Shown: positions 8,202-15,865 of the stretch, in pieces
How the letters are laid out: each line of letters starts with the position of its first letter
Position numbering within the stretch: position 1 is the first letter of the stretch
Assembly (NCBI GenBank): GCA_001820215.1
Contig: MHOW01000011.1
Location: 13,579-52,255, forward strand
From: Candidatus Staskawiczbacteria bacterium RIFCSPLOWO2_01_FULL_33_13
Lineage (GTDB): Bacteria > Patescibacteriota > Minisyncoccia > Minisyncoccales > Staskawiczbacteraceae
Direction: 5' to 3'
DNA: 38,677 bases
Translations under genes and position numbers: made by a program
The notes under the pieces: model-generated
Databases searched by the model: none
The model's input: the letters and a program-made list of their open reading frames with translations, nothing else
What the model was told of the DNA's origin: nothing

Positions 8202-9957
8202 CAAAATATATTCAAATAATGAATTAATGACACCGATTAGATTTAATCGTGGATTTAATGTGATATATGGAGATATTGAGAACAAGAACGGAGAAAAGAA
8301 TGAACATAATTTAGGGAAATCATCACTAGTTTATCTTATTGATTTTCTTTTATTGAAAAAGGTAACGCAAGAACATTTTTTATCAAGACATAAAGAGCAG
8401 TTTGTCGGCTGGACTTTTTATATAGAAATTGAATTAGGAGAAAATCATTTTTTAACCATCAAAAGATCTGTAAATAATCCAACTCGCATATCTTTCAAGA
8501 AGCATGATACTAAAGATCAAGATTTCTCTTCGTTAGAATTGTGGGACCATGAAGATACTAAATTATACGCAAGGAATGGTATGGATTCACAAGATATATT
8601 AGATAAATATTTAAATTTTAGTATCCTTAAAAATTACTCATATAGACATTTTTTACCATATGCATTGAGGGATCAATATGGCTACGAAGATGTATTTGAA
8701 ATGAGTCAGTTTCAAGGCCTCGACATTAATTGGAAACCATATTTATTTGCTTTATTGGGATATAAAGAGGAGGATGTTATCAACAAATATCTTGTCTATG
8801 ATCAGATTAACAGCTACAGAAAGATGTTGAATATTATTTTGGGGAATAAAAAAATTAATACTAGAGATTCTTATAATCTAAAGGAGGCGATTAATGAAAA
8901 AGAGAACGAAAAGAAAAGCATAATTGAACAAGCCGATAAATTTGATTTTTATTTAAGAGAGAAAAAACTTAGCAAAGAATTAGTTAACGATATAGAAATT
9001 AAAATTAGTGAGTTAAATTCAGAAAGATATAGGCTCGACTATGAAATAAATAAAATAAAAGAGTCGCTAGATAATAATGTTAGTTTTGACATTAAAGAAG
9101 TTGAAGAAATATTTGCGCAAACAGAGATATACTTTCCTGACAAATTAAAAAAGAGCTATCAGGATCTTATAGATTTTAATATCAGTATATCGAATGAAAG
9201 GGCGAGTTATCTAAGAGAAGATCTTGAGGTTAGCCTTGAATATGTAAAAGATATTGAGAGCAAATTAGAAAAATTTAATAAAGAAAAGGAGAGCATGTTA
9301 TCATTTTTGCGGAATACTGATACATTCTCAAAATATAAATCATTTCAAGGGGAGATAATAAAATTAGATGAAGAAATAAATAAATATAAAGCAAAATTGG
9401 ATTCTTTAGGAACCGCAGAGAACTATGAAAAGAAAATAGAGTTATTAAAAATTGATTCCAAGGAACTTGCTTTAAAAATAAAAAAAGTCATCGACGAAGG
9501 AAATGATGTGTTTGATTCAATCAAGAATTTGTTCAAAGATATATTTAAAAAGACCATGGGCTATACGGCATTATTGGTCGTAAAACCTAATAAAGAAGGC
9601 AATCCGCATTTTGAGACAACTACACTTGATAATAAAGATATAGATAAGCTAACCGGACAGGGAGAGGGATACACGGCGACAAAGATTCAGTGCGCCTCTT
9701 TTGTATTAGCTATATTAGCTACATATGCCAAGGAAAGATTTATTAAATTTGCTTATCATGATGGTCTAGTGGAGAGTTGGGGAAATGATCCTAAGATAAA
9801 CTTTTTTGAAGAGATAGCAAATCTATGTAATAGATACGACATTCAATATATAATTAGTGTTATAAAAAGCGATATTCCTGATAAGTTTAAATTCAGAGAC
9901 GATGAAATAATCGCAAGAGTATCACAAGAAAAGCCTCTTTTCGGTTTTAAATTTTAA
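8191..9957 (+). CDS. lmuB: Lamassu SMC-like ABC ATPase (DUF2326); likely start ATG 8191
   Basis: F..GFNVI.G, Walker A variant HNLGKSS, long coiled coil, Walker B variant FAYHDG, QYI.S, C-terminal LFGFKF. Confidence 0.85.
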   Translation: MRISKIYSNNELMTPIRFNRGFNVIYGDIENKNGEKNEHNLGKSSLVYLIDFLLLKKVTQEHFLSRHKEQFVGWTFYIEIELGENHFLTIKRSVNNPTRISFKKHDTKDQDFSSLELWDHEDTKLYARNGMDSQDILDKYLNFSILKNYSYRHFLPYALRDQYGYEDVFEMSQFQGLDINWKPYLFALLGYKEEDVINKYLVYDQINSYRKMLNIILGNKKINTRDSYNLKEAINEKENEKKSIIEQADKFDFYLREKKLSKELVNDIEIKISELNSERYRLDYEINKIKESLDNNVSFDIKEVEEIFAQTEIYFPDKLKKSYQDLIDFNISISNERASYLREDLEVSLEYVKDIESKLEKFNKEKESMLSFLRNTDTFSKYKSFQGEIIKLDEEINKYKAKLDSLGTAENYEKKIELLKIDSKELALKIKKVIDEGNDVFDSIKNLFKDIFKKTMGYTALLVVKPNKEGNPHFETTTLDNKDIDKLTGQGEGYTATKIQCASFVLAILATYAKERFIKFAYHDGLVESWGNDPKINFFEEIANLCNRYDIQYIISVIKSDIPDKFKFRDDEIIARVSQEKPLFGFKF

Positions 9958-10020
9958 TTGTTTTTGACATATGGAAAACAATACTCACCTATATAGATTT
10001 CGTGGCTCTAATATAGAGCA

Positions 10021-10185
10021 AAATCCGACAGAATCAGACACTTTTTAAGGCTAATTTGTTAGAAAAGGAGATTCGGCATAATTCGGCACTTTTAGTGGAA
10101 GAAATGGGGCAAAACGGGACGAATTTTGTGCTTAAATTAAAACAGAACACCGGTTAAAGCTAAAATGGCACAGAATGGCACACTT
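10021..10185 (+). repeat. Four pairs of tandem imperfect 10-bp direct repeats
   Basis: aaatccgaca-gaatcagaca-ctt; gattcggcat-aattcggcac-ttt; aaatggggca-aaacgggacg; aaatggcaca-gaatggcaca-ctt. Confidence 0.6.
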
Positions 10186-10249
10186 GATAGTCATAAAAAT
10201 ATGGCTTTTTTGTTTGGTTGTGGCATAATGGATTTACAATTTAATAATT

Positions 10250-10412
10250 AAGACCTAACCCTCCAGATTTTCTGGAGATATGGTCAAAAGTCGTATGAAG
10301 CCCAGAGAACCCATCACGGGGTCGCTTCATACGCCATATCGGGAAACCGGTATGAGTAGCTTCGGCTACTACCTGTGGTGGGCTTTTTGTTACAAAAAAC
10401 ATACCACGGATA
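10250..10412 (+). ncRNA. Candidate structured RNA or leader with five closely spaced hairpins
   Basis: ctccaga/tctggag; cgtatgaagc/gcttcatacg; catatcgg-GAAA-ccggtatg; agtagc-TTCG-gctact; ctgtggtg/taccacgg. Confidence 0.55.
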
Positions 10413-10427
10413 TAGCCGGTAAAAATT

Positions 10428-11243
10428 ATGAAAAAACTCATCATATCGTTAGTTTTGTTGTTTGCGCCAATGCTTACTTTTGCGTCCATTGACACTAATC
10501 TTTATTACGGACTTCACAACAATGGAAATGTTAAAGAATTACAGGAATTTTTAATTAGTAAAAGTTTTTTAACGGGCCCGGCTACCGGAAACTTTTATTC
10601 TTTAACCCTTAACGCAGTCAAAAAATATCAGGCAAGCCAAAGCATAAATCAAACTGGATATGTTGGCATTTTAACGAGGACTGCCATCAATGACGATTTG
10701 GCCAACCAATTGCAAGAAAGCAATGTGCAGACCACGAACGAAACTGGCACGAACCCGCCGGCCTCGGAATCGCAGAAAACAATGAATGACGTAGTTTCTA
10801 CCATTCAGTCCCAGATCACCCTCTTACAAAAGCAATTAGAGGCTTTAAAGGCACAACAGACAGTGATTCAGCAGCAAAATCAGGTTATTCAACAGATCCA
10901 ACAAAATACCCAGCAGATAGTGCAAAATACCACGCCAGTTATAACACCAGTCCCGGCTCCGGTGCCGGCATTTGCATTCGAACCAATTTTAACAAATTCC
11001 TATGATCGAGATTTGGTGGTGGTCATAAAAGAAAAATTTGATAAATGCACCTTGCTTATTTTTGATGAAAACGGCAACAAGGTGCGCGAGCAGGACTACT
11101 GGATGACCGATAAAGATGGAAATTCCAGACAGGTATACTCAATGGGAACCTATGGCCAGCACACATATTCAATAACGTGCGACAAATCAGGATTTCTAAC
11201 CACTACAAAGACGGGTCAATTTCCTGCACCTGTAACCCAATAA
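10428..11243 (+). CDS. Secreted peptidoglycan-binding-domain protein with Q-rich coiled coil
   Basis: Signal peptide; L.YG...VKELQEFL...TGNFYSLTLNAVKKYQ...TGYVG.LTR.AIN (PG_binding_1-like). Confidence 0.85.
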   Translation: MKKLIISLVLLFAPMLTFASIDTNLYYGLHNNGNVKELQEFLISKSFLTGPATGNFYSLTLNAVKKYQASQSINQTGYVGILTRTAINDDLANQLQESNVQTTNETGTNPPASESQKTMNDVVSTIQSQITLLQKQLEALKAQQTVIQQQNQVIQQIQQNTQQIVQNTTPVITPVPAPVPAFAFEPILTNSYDRDLVVVIKEKFDKCTLLIFDENGNKVREQDYWMTDKDGNSRQVYSMGTYGQHTYSITCDKSGFLTTTKTGQFPAPVTQ

Positions 11244-11246
11244 CCC

Positions 11247-11633
11247 ATGAACAGAATACAAGTAAAAAAATGGTTCAGTCATAATTGGTTTGGGTTTTCA
11301 ATTGTCCTCATCCTTATTTTTATAATCGGAGGATATTTTTATTGGTTTCAATTACGACCGGCAAAAATAAAGCATGATTGTTCTTGGGTGCAAAAGCACG
11401 CGGATACTGTGCCAGAACTAACACAAGACCAGCACAACGAATGTATAGACCAGTGTAATTCCAAACCAACTACCACAAACATCCCAATCACGGGAGCCAT
11501 TAACTTTAATAAGTTCGTATCTACCCCTTTTTGTAATTGCCCAAATCCTCGCCCCTATGAACCAGCAAAAAATTGGTGGGAACGAGCAAATAAAAACCAA
11601 TATGATTTTTGTATTCATGAAAAGGGTTTATAG
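11247..11633 (+). CDS. Single-TM protein with Cys-rich extracellular part
   Basis: TM segment, then YFYWFQLRP..IK..C, six Cys in total, ending YDFCIHEKGL. Confidence 0.7.
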   Translation: MNRIQVKKWFSHNWFGFSIVLILIFIIGGYFYWFQLRPAKIKHDCSWVQKHADTVPELTQDQHNECIDQCNSKPTTTNIPITGAINFNKFVSTPFCNCPNPRPYEPAKNWWERANKNQYDFCIHEKGL

Positions 11634-11639
11634 TGATGG

Positions 11640-12125
11640 ATGGAGAATTTAATTAAAATCATAAAAGATCAATTTAAGTTGGGTCTAAACGGAGATCATG
11701 GCCTAAAACACTGGCAACATGTAGAAAAGATAGGTAATTATTTAGCCAGTCATACAGGAGCGGATGGGCAGATTATAAGTTTATTTGCCTATTTGCATGA
11801 TTCAAAAAGAGAGGATGAATACGATGACCCAGAACACGGAAAAAGATCCGCTAATTTTGCAAAAGAACTACACGATAAAAAACTTTTAAGTATCTCTAAA
11901 AAACAATTGGACCAGCTAATTTTTTCATGCGAATTTCATTCTCAACCTAATACTAAGAGCAATGATGTAACAATACAAACCTGTTGGGATGCGGACAGGC
12001 TCGATTTAGTGAGACTTGGAATTACGCCTAAAAATGAATTTCTTTTTACCGAAAAAGCCAAGAAAAAAGAAGCTATTTTATTTGCTATTGAATTAAATAA
12101 AAGTTATCCACAGCAGATATCTTGA
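11640..12125 (+). CDS. HD-domain metal-dependent phosphohydrolase
   Basis: HG..HW..V, AYLHDSKR, HG.RSA, H, CWDADRLDL.R.G. Confidence 0.88.
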   Translation: MENLIKIIKDQFKLGLNGDHGLKHWQHVEKIGNYLASHTGADGQIISLFAYLHDSKREDEYDDPEHGKRSANFAKELHDKKLLSISKKQLDQLIFSCEFHSQPNTKSNDVTIQTCWDADRLDLVRLGITPKNEFLFTEKAKKKEAILFAIELNKSYPQQIS

Positions 12126-12149
12126 AATTAAATAATGAAAAACTATAAT
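12122..12149 (+). promoter_or_regulatory. Sigma70-type promoter TTGAAA-N16-TATAAT
   Basis: Direct sequence match upstream of an ORF-free structured region. Confidence 0.55.
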
Positions 12150-12151
12150 TA

Positions 12152-12418
12152 ACCCATAGTCAGAACATAGAAAAATTATTTAAAAAATCCTTGGAAGTTG
12201 TGTTGTATAGCGATCGCGAAATACACTACGATCCCTACTCAAACTACGGTGTAATAACAAACGTATGAATTCGAGGTAGAATAACCTCCAGCTCAGCAAG
12301 AACCTATAAGACAACATTATGGTTCTTATTTCAAGGTGTCTTTAAAAGTCGGATAGGGTGTAGAGCCTCTAAATTTTTGATAATCATTTTTTGGTTATTA
12401 GAAGTTTAGAGGTTTTTT
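12152..12418 (+). ncRNA. Candidate ~260-nt structured RNA bounded by a promoter and a terminator
   Basis: ccttggaa/tttcaagg encloses gaggt/acctc and aagaacc/ggttctt; a long terminator hairpin with U-tract lies at 12365-12418. Confidence 0.5.
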
Positions 12419-12506
12419 GTTAGTCCAAGTCGGTTGCATAAGTCCATTCTTTATCGGGTGGGTAGCAACCGACCTGCCCGGCAAAGAGCGGACTTTTTAT
12501 TTTCCC

Positions 12507-12683
12507 TTGGAACTTAAAAAGAAAACGATCGAAGGATTCAAAAAAATAATGGAAAAAGATTACGGAGTAAAATTGTCTGATGATGAAGCAGATGAATTTG
12601 GCTCCTCGCTTTTAAGATTGACCAGATTAGCTTTGCGGGCGACTGTGAGGAGCATAGAAAACAAAATTGTGAGTGATAGTTAA
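12507..12683 (+). CDS. Small helical protein upstream of the recombinase (candidate RDF or regulator); likely TTG start at 12507
   Basis: LELKKKTIEGFKKIMEKDYGVKLSDDEADEFG..LL.L resembles small proteins seen beside CPR serine recombinases; the upstream part of the track ORF overlaps hairpins. Confidence 0.55.
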   Translation: MELKKKTIEGFKKIMEKDYGVKLSDDEADEFGSSLLRLTRLALRATVRSIENKIVSDS

Positions 12684-12879
12684 CATAACTTCCTGTTACG
12701 TGTAGTATTAGAACAAAGACAACCAAGCTCATCAAATTGCTCAGCATTATCATGGCCAGAACGAAAAGGAACGCCAAACCTAAAAAGCTCTCAAGGACTT
12801 TGGAAATTTTCAAAAAGAATCGTATGGACTTCCTTCATTAGCGCGGCATAATGTAGGTATAAGGAGTCAATAAAATACA

Positions 12880-14604
12880 ATGGAAAAACAAAAAAATAAA
12901 ATCAATCACACTCTTTATGCGAGAAAATCAAGCGAGGAAGAAGATAGGCAAGTCCTTTCAATCGATTCTCAGATAAATGAAGACAAGAAAATTGCATCAA
13001 GTAACGGTGTGATTGTGCCGGATGATGCTATACGCAAGGAATCTTTTTCAGCAAAAACAGAATATGCTCGGCCTGTTTTTGAATCAATGATAAAAGATAT
13101 AGAAGCAGGAAGGGTTCAGGGAATTATTGCATGGCATCCAAACAGATTATCGAGAAATGCCATTGATGCAGCTCGGCTGATATCTTTATTTGACAAAGGA
13201 AAGCTTAAGCAGATAATAACGGCGCAGCAGGTATTCAGAAATACTCCCTCTGATAAATTCTTTTTTAATTTGCTTACGAGTCAGGCAAAAATGGAAAACG
13301 ACAATAAAAGTCTTGATGTGAAAAGAGGATTGAGGAGGAAATACGAAATGGGCTATCCCCCGTGTCTATCAAAGGTGGGTTATATGAATGATGAATCGGG
13401 TAGAAAGGGCGATAAAAAATGGAAGAACGACACGGATCGCCAACCCTTGATAAAGAAAGTTTTTGAGGAATTTTTAACAGCAAGATATTCGGTCAGAAAA
13501 ATTAAAGAGTATGCGGATAAAAATGTATGCTTAAGGACAATCCAACGCAATAAAGAGGGCGGAAAACCTCTTAATGAGTCTGCGATGTATAACTTGCTAA
13601 CAGACCCATTTTATGCCGGATTCTTTTACAGAAACGATGAAAATGAGGAAAAGAAAAGATACGAAGCACACGAGTCTCTGAATAGATTGATTACGGAAGG
13701 ACAATACTGGCAAGTCCAGAGAATTTTAGGTAAAAAAGGAAAACCGTGTCCGACCAAGTATCTTGAATCATTTCCCTATAAAAGATTTATGAAGTGTGGA
13801 TCTTGTGGTGGTTCGGTTACGGCGGAACAGAAACATCAACTGATATGTTCGGAATGTAAATTTAAGTTTTCCTATCCCAACAAAACAGCTTGTCCGAAAT
13901 GTAAAGTGAAAATCGAAAAAATGGAAAATCCAAAATACCTATACTATATTTTTTACCATTGTATAAAAGGCAAGGATCCGAATTGCAAAGAGGGTGCGCT
14001 GCAAGAAATAAAAATCGATGAATATGTAGCAGATTATTTTGCAAAAAACATTAAAATTTCAACTGCATTGAAAGAGTGGTGTCTTAAAAACTTTACTGAA
14101 ATTATCGAAAATGAAAAACAAAATGAATTGGAGGTAAGAATTTCCAAGGAGAGAGAATTGGAGCAGAAAAAGAAAGACTACGACAATCTTGTAAAGATGG
14201 GCTCCAGAGGGCTTATAAGTGATGAGGAAGCGTTTTTAAGGCTTGAGTCGAGTGCCTCAGCGGATATTAAAAAGGCTGAGCAATCATTATCTCGAGCTGG
14301 AGGATCTCCAACAGAGATGATAGATGAGGCAAAGAAAATCTTTAATTTTGCCGTAGGAGTGGCAGAAATTTTCAGAAATGGAGTGTTTAAAGATAAAGAT
14401 GAGGCTCTCACAGAAATTTGTTCGAACCTAACTTTAAAAGGCAAAAAAGTGGAAATTTACGAACAAAACTCATACCTTGCTTTAAAAAAGTGCATCGTGG
14501 AGTCAAAACTGAAAAATAGCAACTTCGAACCTGCGATTTACGGAGAGAATAATGAAAAAACAGAGTCTTTTGACTCTGTTCGTTCAACTTGGCTCCCCGG
14601 GTAG
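12880..14604 (+). CDS. Large serine recombinase (integrase)
   Basis: LYARKSSEEEDRQ..SI.SQ (catalytic Ser), ES.SAK...RPVF..M, NRLSRN, recombinase domain with PFYAG, zinc ribbon CGSCG...YHC...C, coiled coil. Confidence 0.95.
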   Translation: MEKQKNKINHTLYARKSSEEEDRQVLSIDSQINEDKKIASSNGVIVPDDAIRKESFSAKTEYARPVFESMIKDIEAGRVQGIIAWHPNRLSRNAIDAARLISLFDKGKLKQIITAQQVFRNTPSDKFFFNLLTSQAKMENDNKSLDVKRGLRRKYEMGYPPCLSKVGYMNDESGRKGDKKWKNDTDRQPLIKKVFEEFLTARYSVRKIKEYADKNVCLRTIQRNKEGGKPLNESAMYNLLTDPFYAGFFYRNDENEEKKRYEAHESLNRLITEGQYWQVQRILGKKGKPCPTKYLESFPYKRFMKCGSCGGSVTAEQKHQLICSECKFKFSYPNKTACPKCKVKIEKMENPKYLYYIFYHCIKGKDPNCKEGALQEIKIDEYVADYFAKNIKISTALKEWCLKNFTEIIENEKQNELEVRISKERELEQKKKDYDNLVKMGSRGLISDEEAFLRLESSASADIKKAEQSLSRAGGSPTEMIDEAKKIFNFAVGVAEIFRNGVFKDKDEALTEICSNLTLKGKKVEIYEQNSYLALKKCIVESKLKNSNFEPAIYGENNEKTESFDSVRSTWLPG

Positions 14605-14664
14605 GATTCGAACCTACGACCCATTCCTTAACAGGGAATCGCTCTACCGCTGAGCTACCGGGGA
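14590..14664 (-). tRNA. tRNA-Asn(GTT)
   Basis: TCCCCGG TAGCTCAGCGGTAGAGC GATTCC CTGTTAA GGAAT GGGTC GTAGG TTCGAAT CCTAC CCGGGGA G CCA. Confidence 0.96.
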
Positions 14665-14906
14665 ATATATTTTTTAATAAATTGTCTACCTTGAAAACTC
14701 TTTAACTGTTTTTCTCGCTTCAAAGATGCGGCTCTATTTTCTGTTTCTTCAGAATATATTAATACCCACTCACCGTCGAACCTTGAAGTATAAGACTTTG
14801 AGAATCCCTTTTCATTATGTAATCTCAGCCGCTCTTTAAGGTTTATTGTTTGTCCTATATAAATTTTATTATGTTTCTTGTTAAAAATTGAATATACAAA
14901 ATACAT
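14655..14906 (-). CDS. Stand-alone GIY-YIG nuclease (83 aa; likely start ATG 14906)
   Basis: MYFVYSI....KIYIGQT.NL.ERL..HN...YT...W.LIYSE.......A.KREKQLKS..GR; the stop codon lies within the tRNA 5' end. Confidence 0.92.
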   Translation of the reverse strand: MYFVYSIFNKKHNKIYIGQTINLKERLRLHNEKGFSKSYTSRFDGEWVLIYSEETENRAASLKREKQLKSFQGRQFIKKYIPR

Positions 14907-14916
14907 AATGTAAATT

Positions 14917-14969
14917 GCTCTACCTCCGCCATCCGCCAACTGGCGGAGGCGGAGAGCTACCGGGGAATA
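14917..14969 (-). pseudogene. Duplicated 5' fragment of tRNA-Asn with a REP-like hairpin in the D-loop
   Basis: tattccccggtagctc-[tccgcctccgccagttggcggatggcgga]-ggtagagc versus tattccccggtagctc-agc-ggtagagc in the intact tRNA. Confidence 0.8.
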
Positions 14970-14978
14970 CTTAACCAC

Positions 14979-15007
14979 ATAATATTATTATTTAAGGTTA
15001 TTTGCAA
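14979..15007 (-). promoter_or_regulatory. Sigma70-type promoter TTGCAA-N17-TATTAT for the tRNA fragment/GIY-YIG/tRNA transcript
   Basis: Direct match about 12 nt upstream of the tRNA-fragment 5' end. Confidence 0.6.
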
Positions 15008-15102
15008 GAGTGATTTTTAATTTCAAGATTCTTTTTTGTGGTATTATTAAAAATAAGTAATTTTTATTTTAATAAAAAAATTAAATAACATTTTTAAATC
15101 CC

Positions 15103-15789
15103 ATGAAGAAAAAAGTAGCTATTTTTGATATTGATGGAACAATTTTTAGATCAAGCTTATTAATAGAAGTTACAGAATCTCTTGTTTACGAGGGCGTATT
15201 TCCATTAAAGGTAAGAGATATTTATACTAAATCCTATAATAATTGGCTTAATCGTAAAGGTTCTTATGAAAAGTATATTGGTGAGGTGATAAATGCCTTT
15301 GAGCAAAATATGAAAAATATTAAGTATGTTGATTTTGTTAAGGCGTCTAAAAATGTGATTGCTTTTCACAAAAGCAGGGTTTATCGTTATACTAGGCAAA
15401 TCGTCAAGGATTTGAAAAAGAAAAATTATTTTATGCTGGCTATTTCTAATTCTCCCAAAGAGCTTGTTGATGATTTTTGCAGTAATTTAGGTTTTGATAA
15501 AGTATATGGCAGAGTTTATGAAGTTGGCAAAAATGGAAAATTTACTGGAAAAACTTTATATTTGGATCTTGTATCGGATAAGGCGAAAATTTTGCAACGG
15601 GCCGTAGAAAAAGAGGGTTTAACTTTAAAGGGTTCAATTGGTGTTGGAGATACAGAAAGCGATATTAAATTTTTGAAATTAGTCCAAAGGCCAATCTGTT
15701 TTAATCCTAATAAAAAACTTTATAATCATGCAAAATCTGTTGGGTGGGAAATAGTAGTTGAAAGAAAAGATGTTATTTATAAAATCTAA
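15103..15789 (+). CDS. HAD-IB (SerB-like) phosphatase
   Basis: FDIDGT, ISNSP, K, GDTESD..L..V..P..FNP motifs. Confidence 0.9.
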   Translation: MKKKVAIFDIDGTIFRSSLLIEVTESLVYEGVFPLKVRDIYTKSYNNWLNRKGSYEKYIGEVINAFEQNMKNIKYVDFVKASKNVIAFHKSRVYRYTRQIVKDLKKKNYFMLAISNSPKELVDDFCSNLGFDKVYGRVYEVGKNGKFTGKTLYLDLVSDKAKILQRAVEKEGLTLKGSIGVGDTESDIKFLKLVQRPICFNPNKKLYNHAKSVGWEIVVERKDVIYKI

Positions 15790-15865
15790 ATTGCAGCATT
15801 GAAAAAAAATAATAAAAAAGCTAATATAAATTCCTATTTCAATTAATTGAAATTTTTTAATTAGT

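Larger units (their letters stand above)
6865..14595. mobile_element. Serine-recombinase genomic island integrated at the 3' end of tRNA-Asn
   Basis: The recombinase ORF ends inside the tRNA. GCTC core at 6865-6868 and 14592-14595. The joined ends form an imperfect inverted repeat. Cargo includes a defence operon. Confidence 0.75.

Noticed and set aside
10021..10185. CRISPR array
   Set aside because: Repeats are ~10 bp, degenerate and irregularly spaced.
10241..10495. Overlapping 84-aa (-) and 70-aa (+) ORFs
   Set aside because: They coincide with the hairpin cluster and overlap the 10428 gene; RNA structure explains the region better.
12152..12418. Bridge- or guide-RNA for the recombinase
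   Set aside because: No convincing complementarity to either att half-site by eye, and the enzyme is not IS110-like.
12538..12813. 91-aa minus-strand ORF
   Set aside because: Antisense to the more plausible 12507 gene, with no motif support.
6865..14604. Prophage or ICE
   Set aside because: No structural, terminase, relaxase or T4SS genes; it is a small integrative island.
14907..14978. N-terminal extension of the GIY-YIG ORF
   Set aside because: It is the translated tRNA fragment plus REP; the domain starts at MYFVY.
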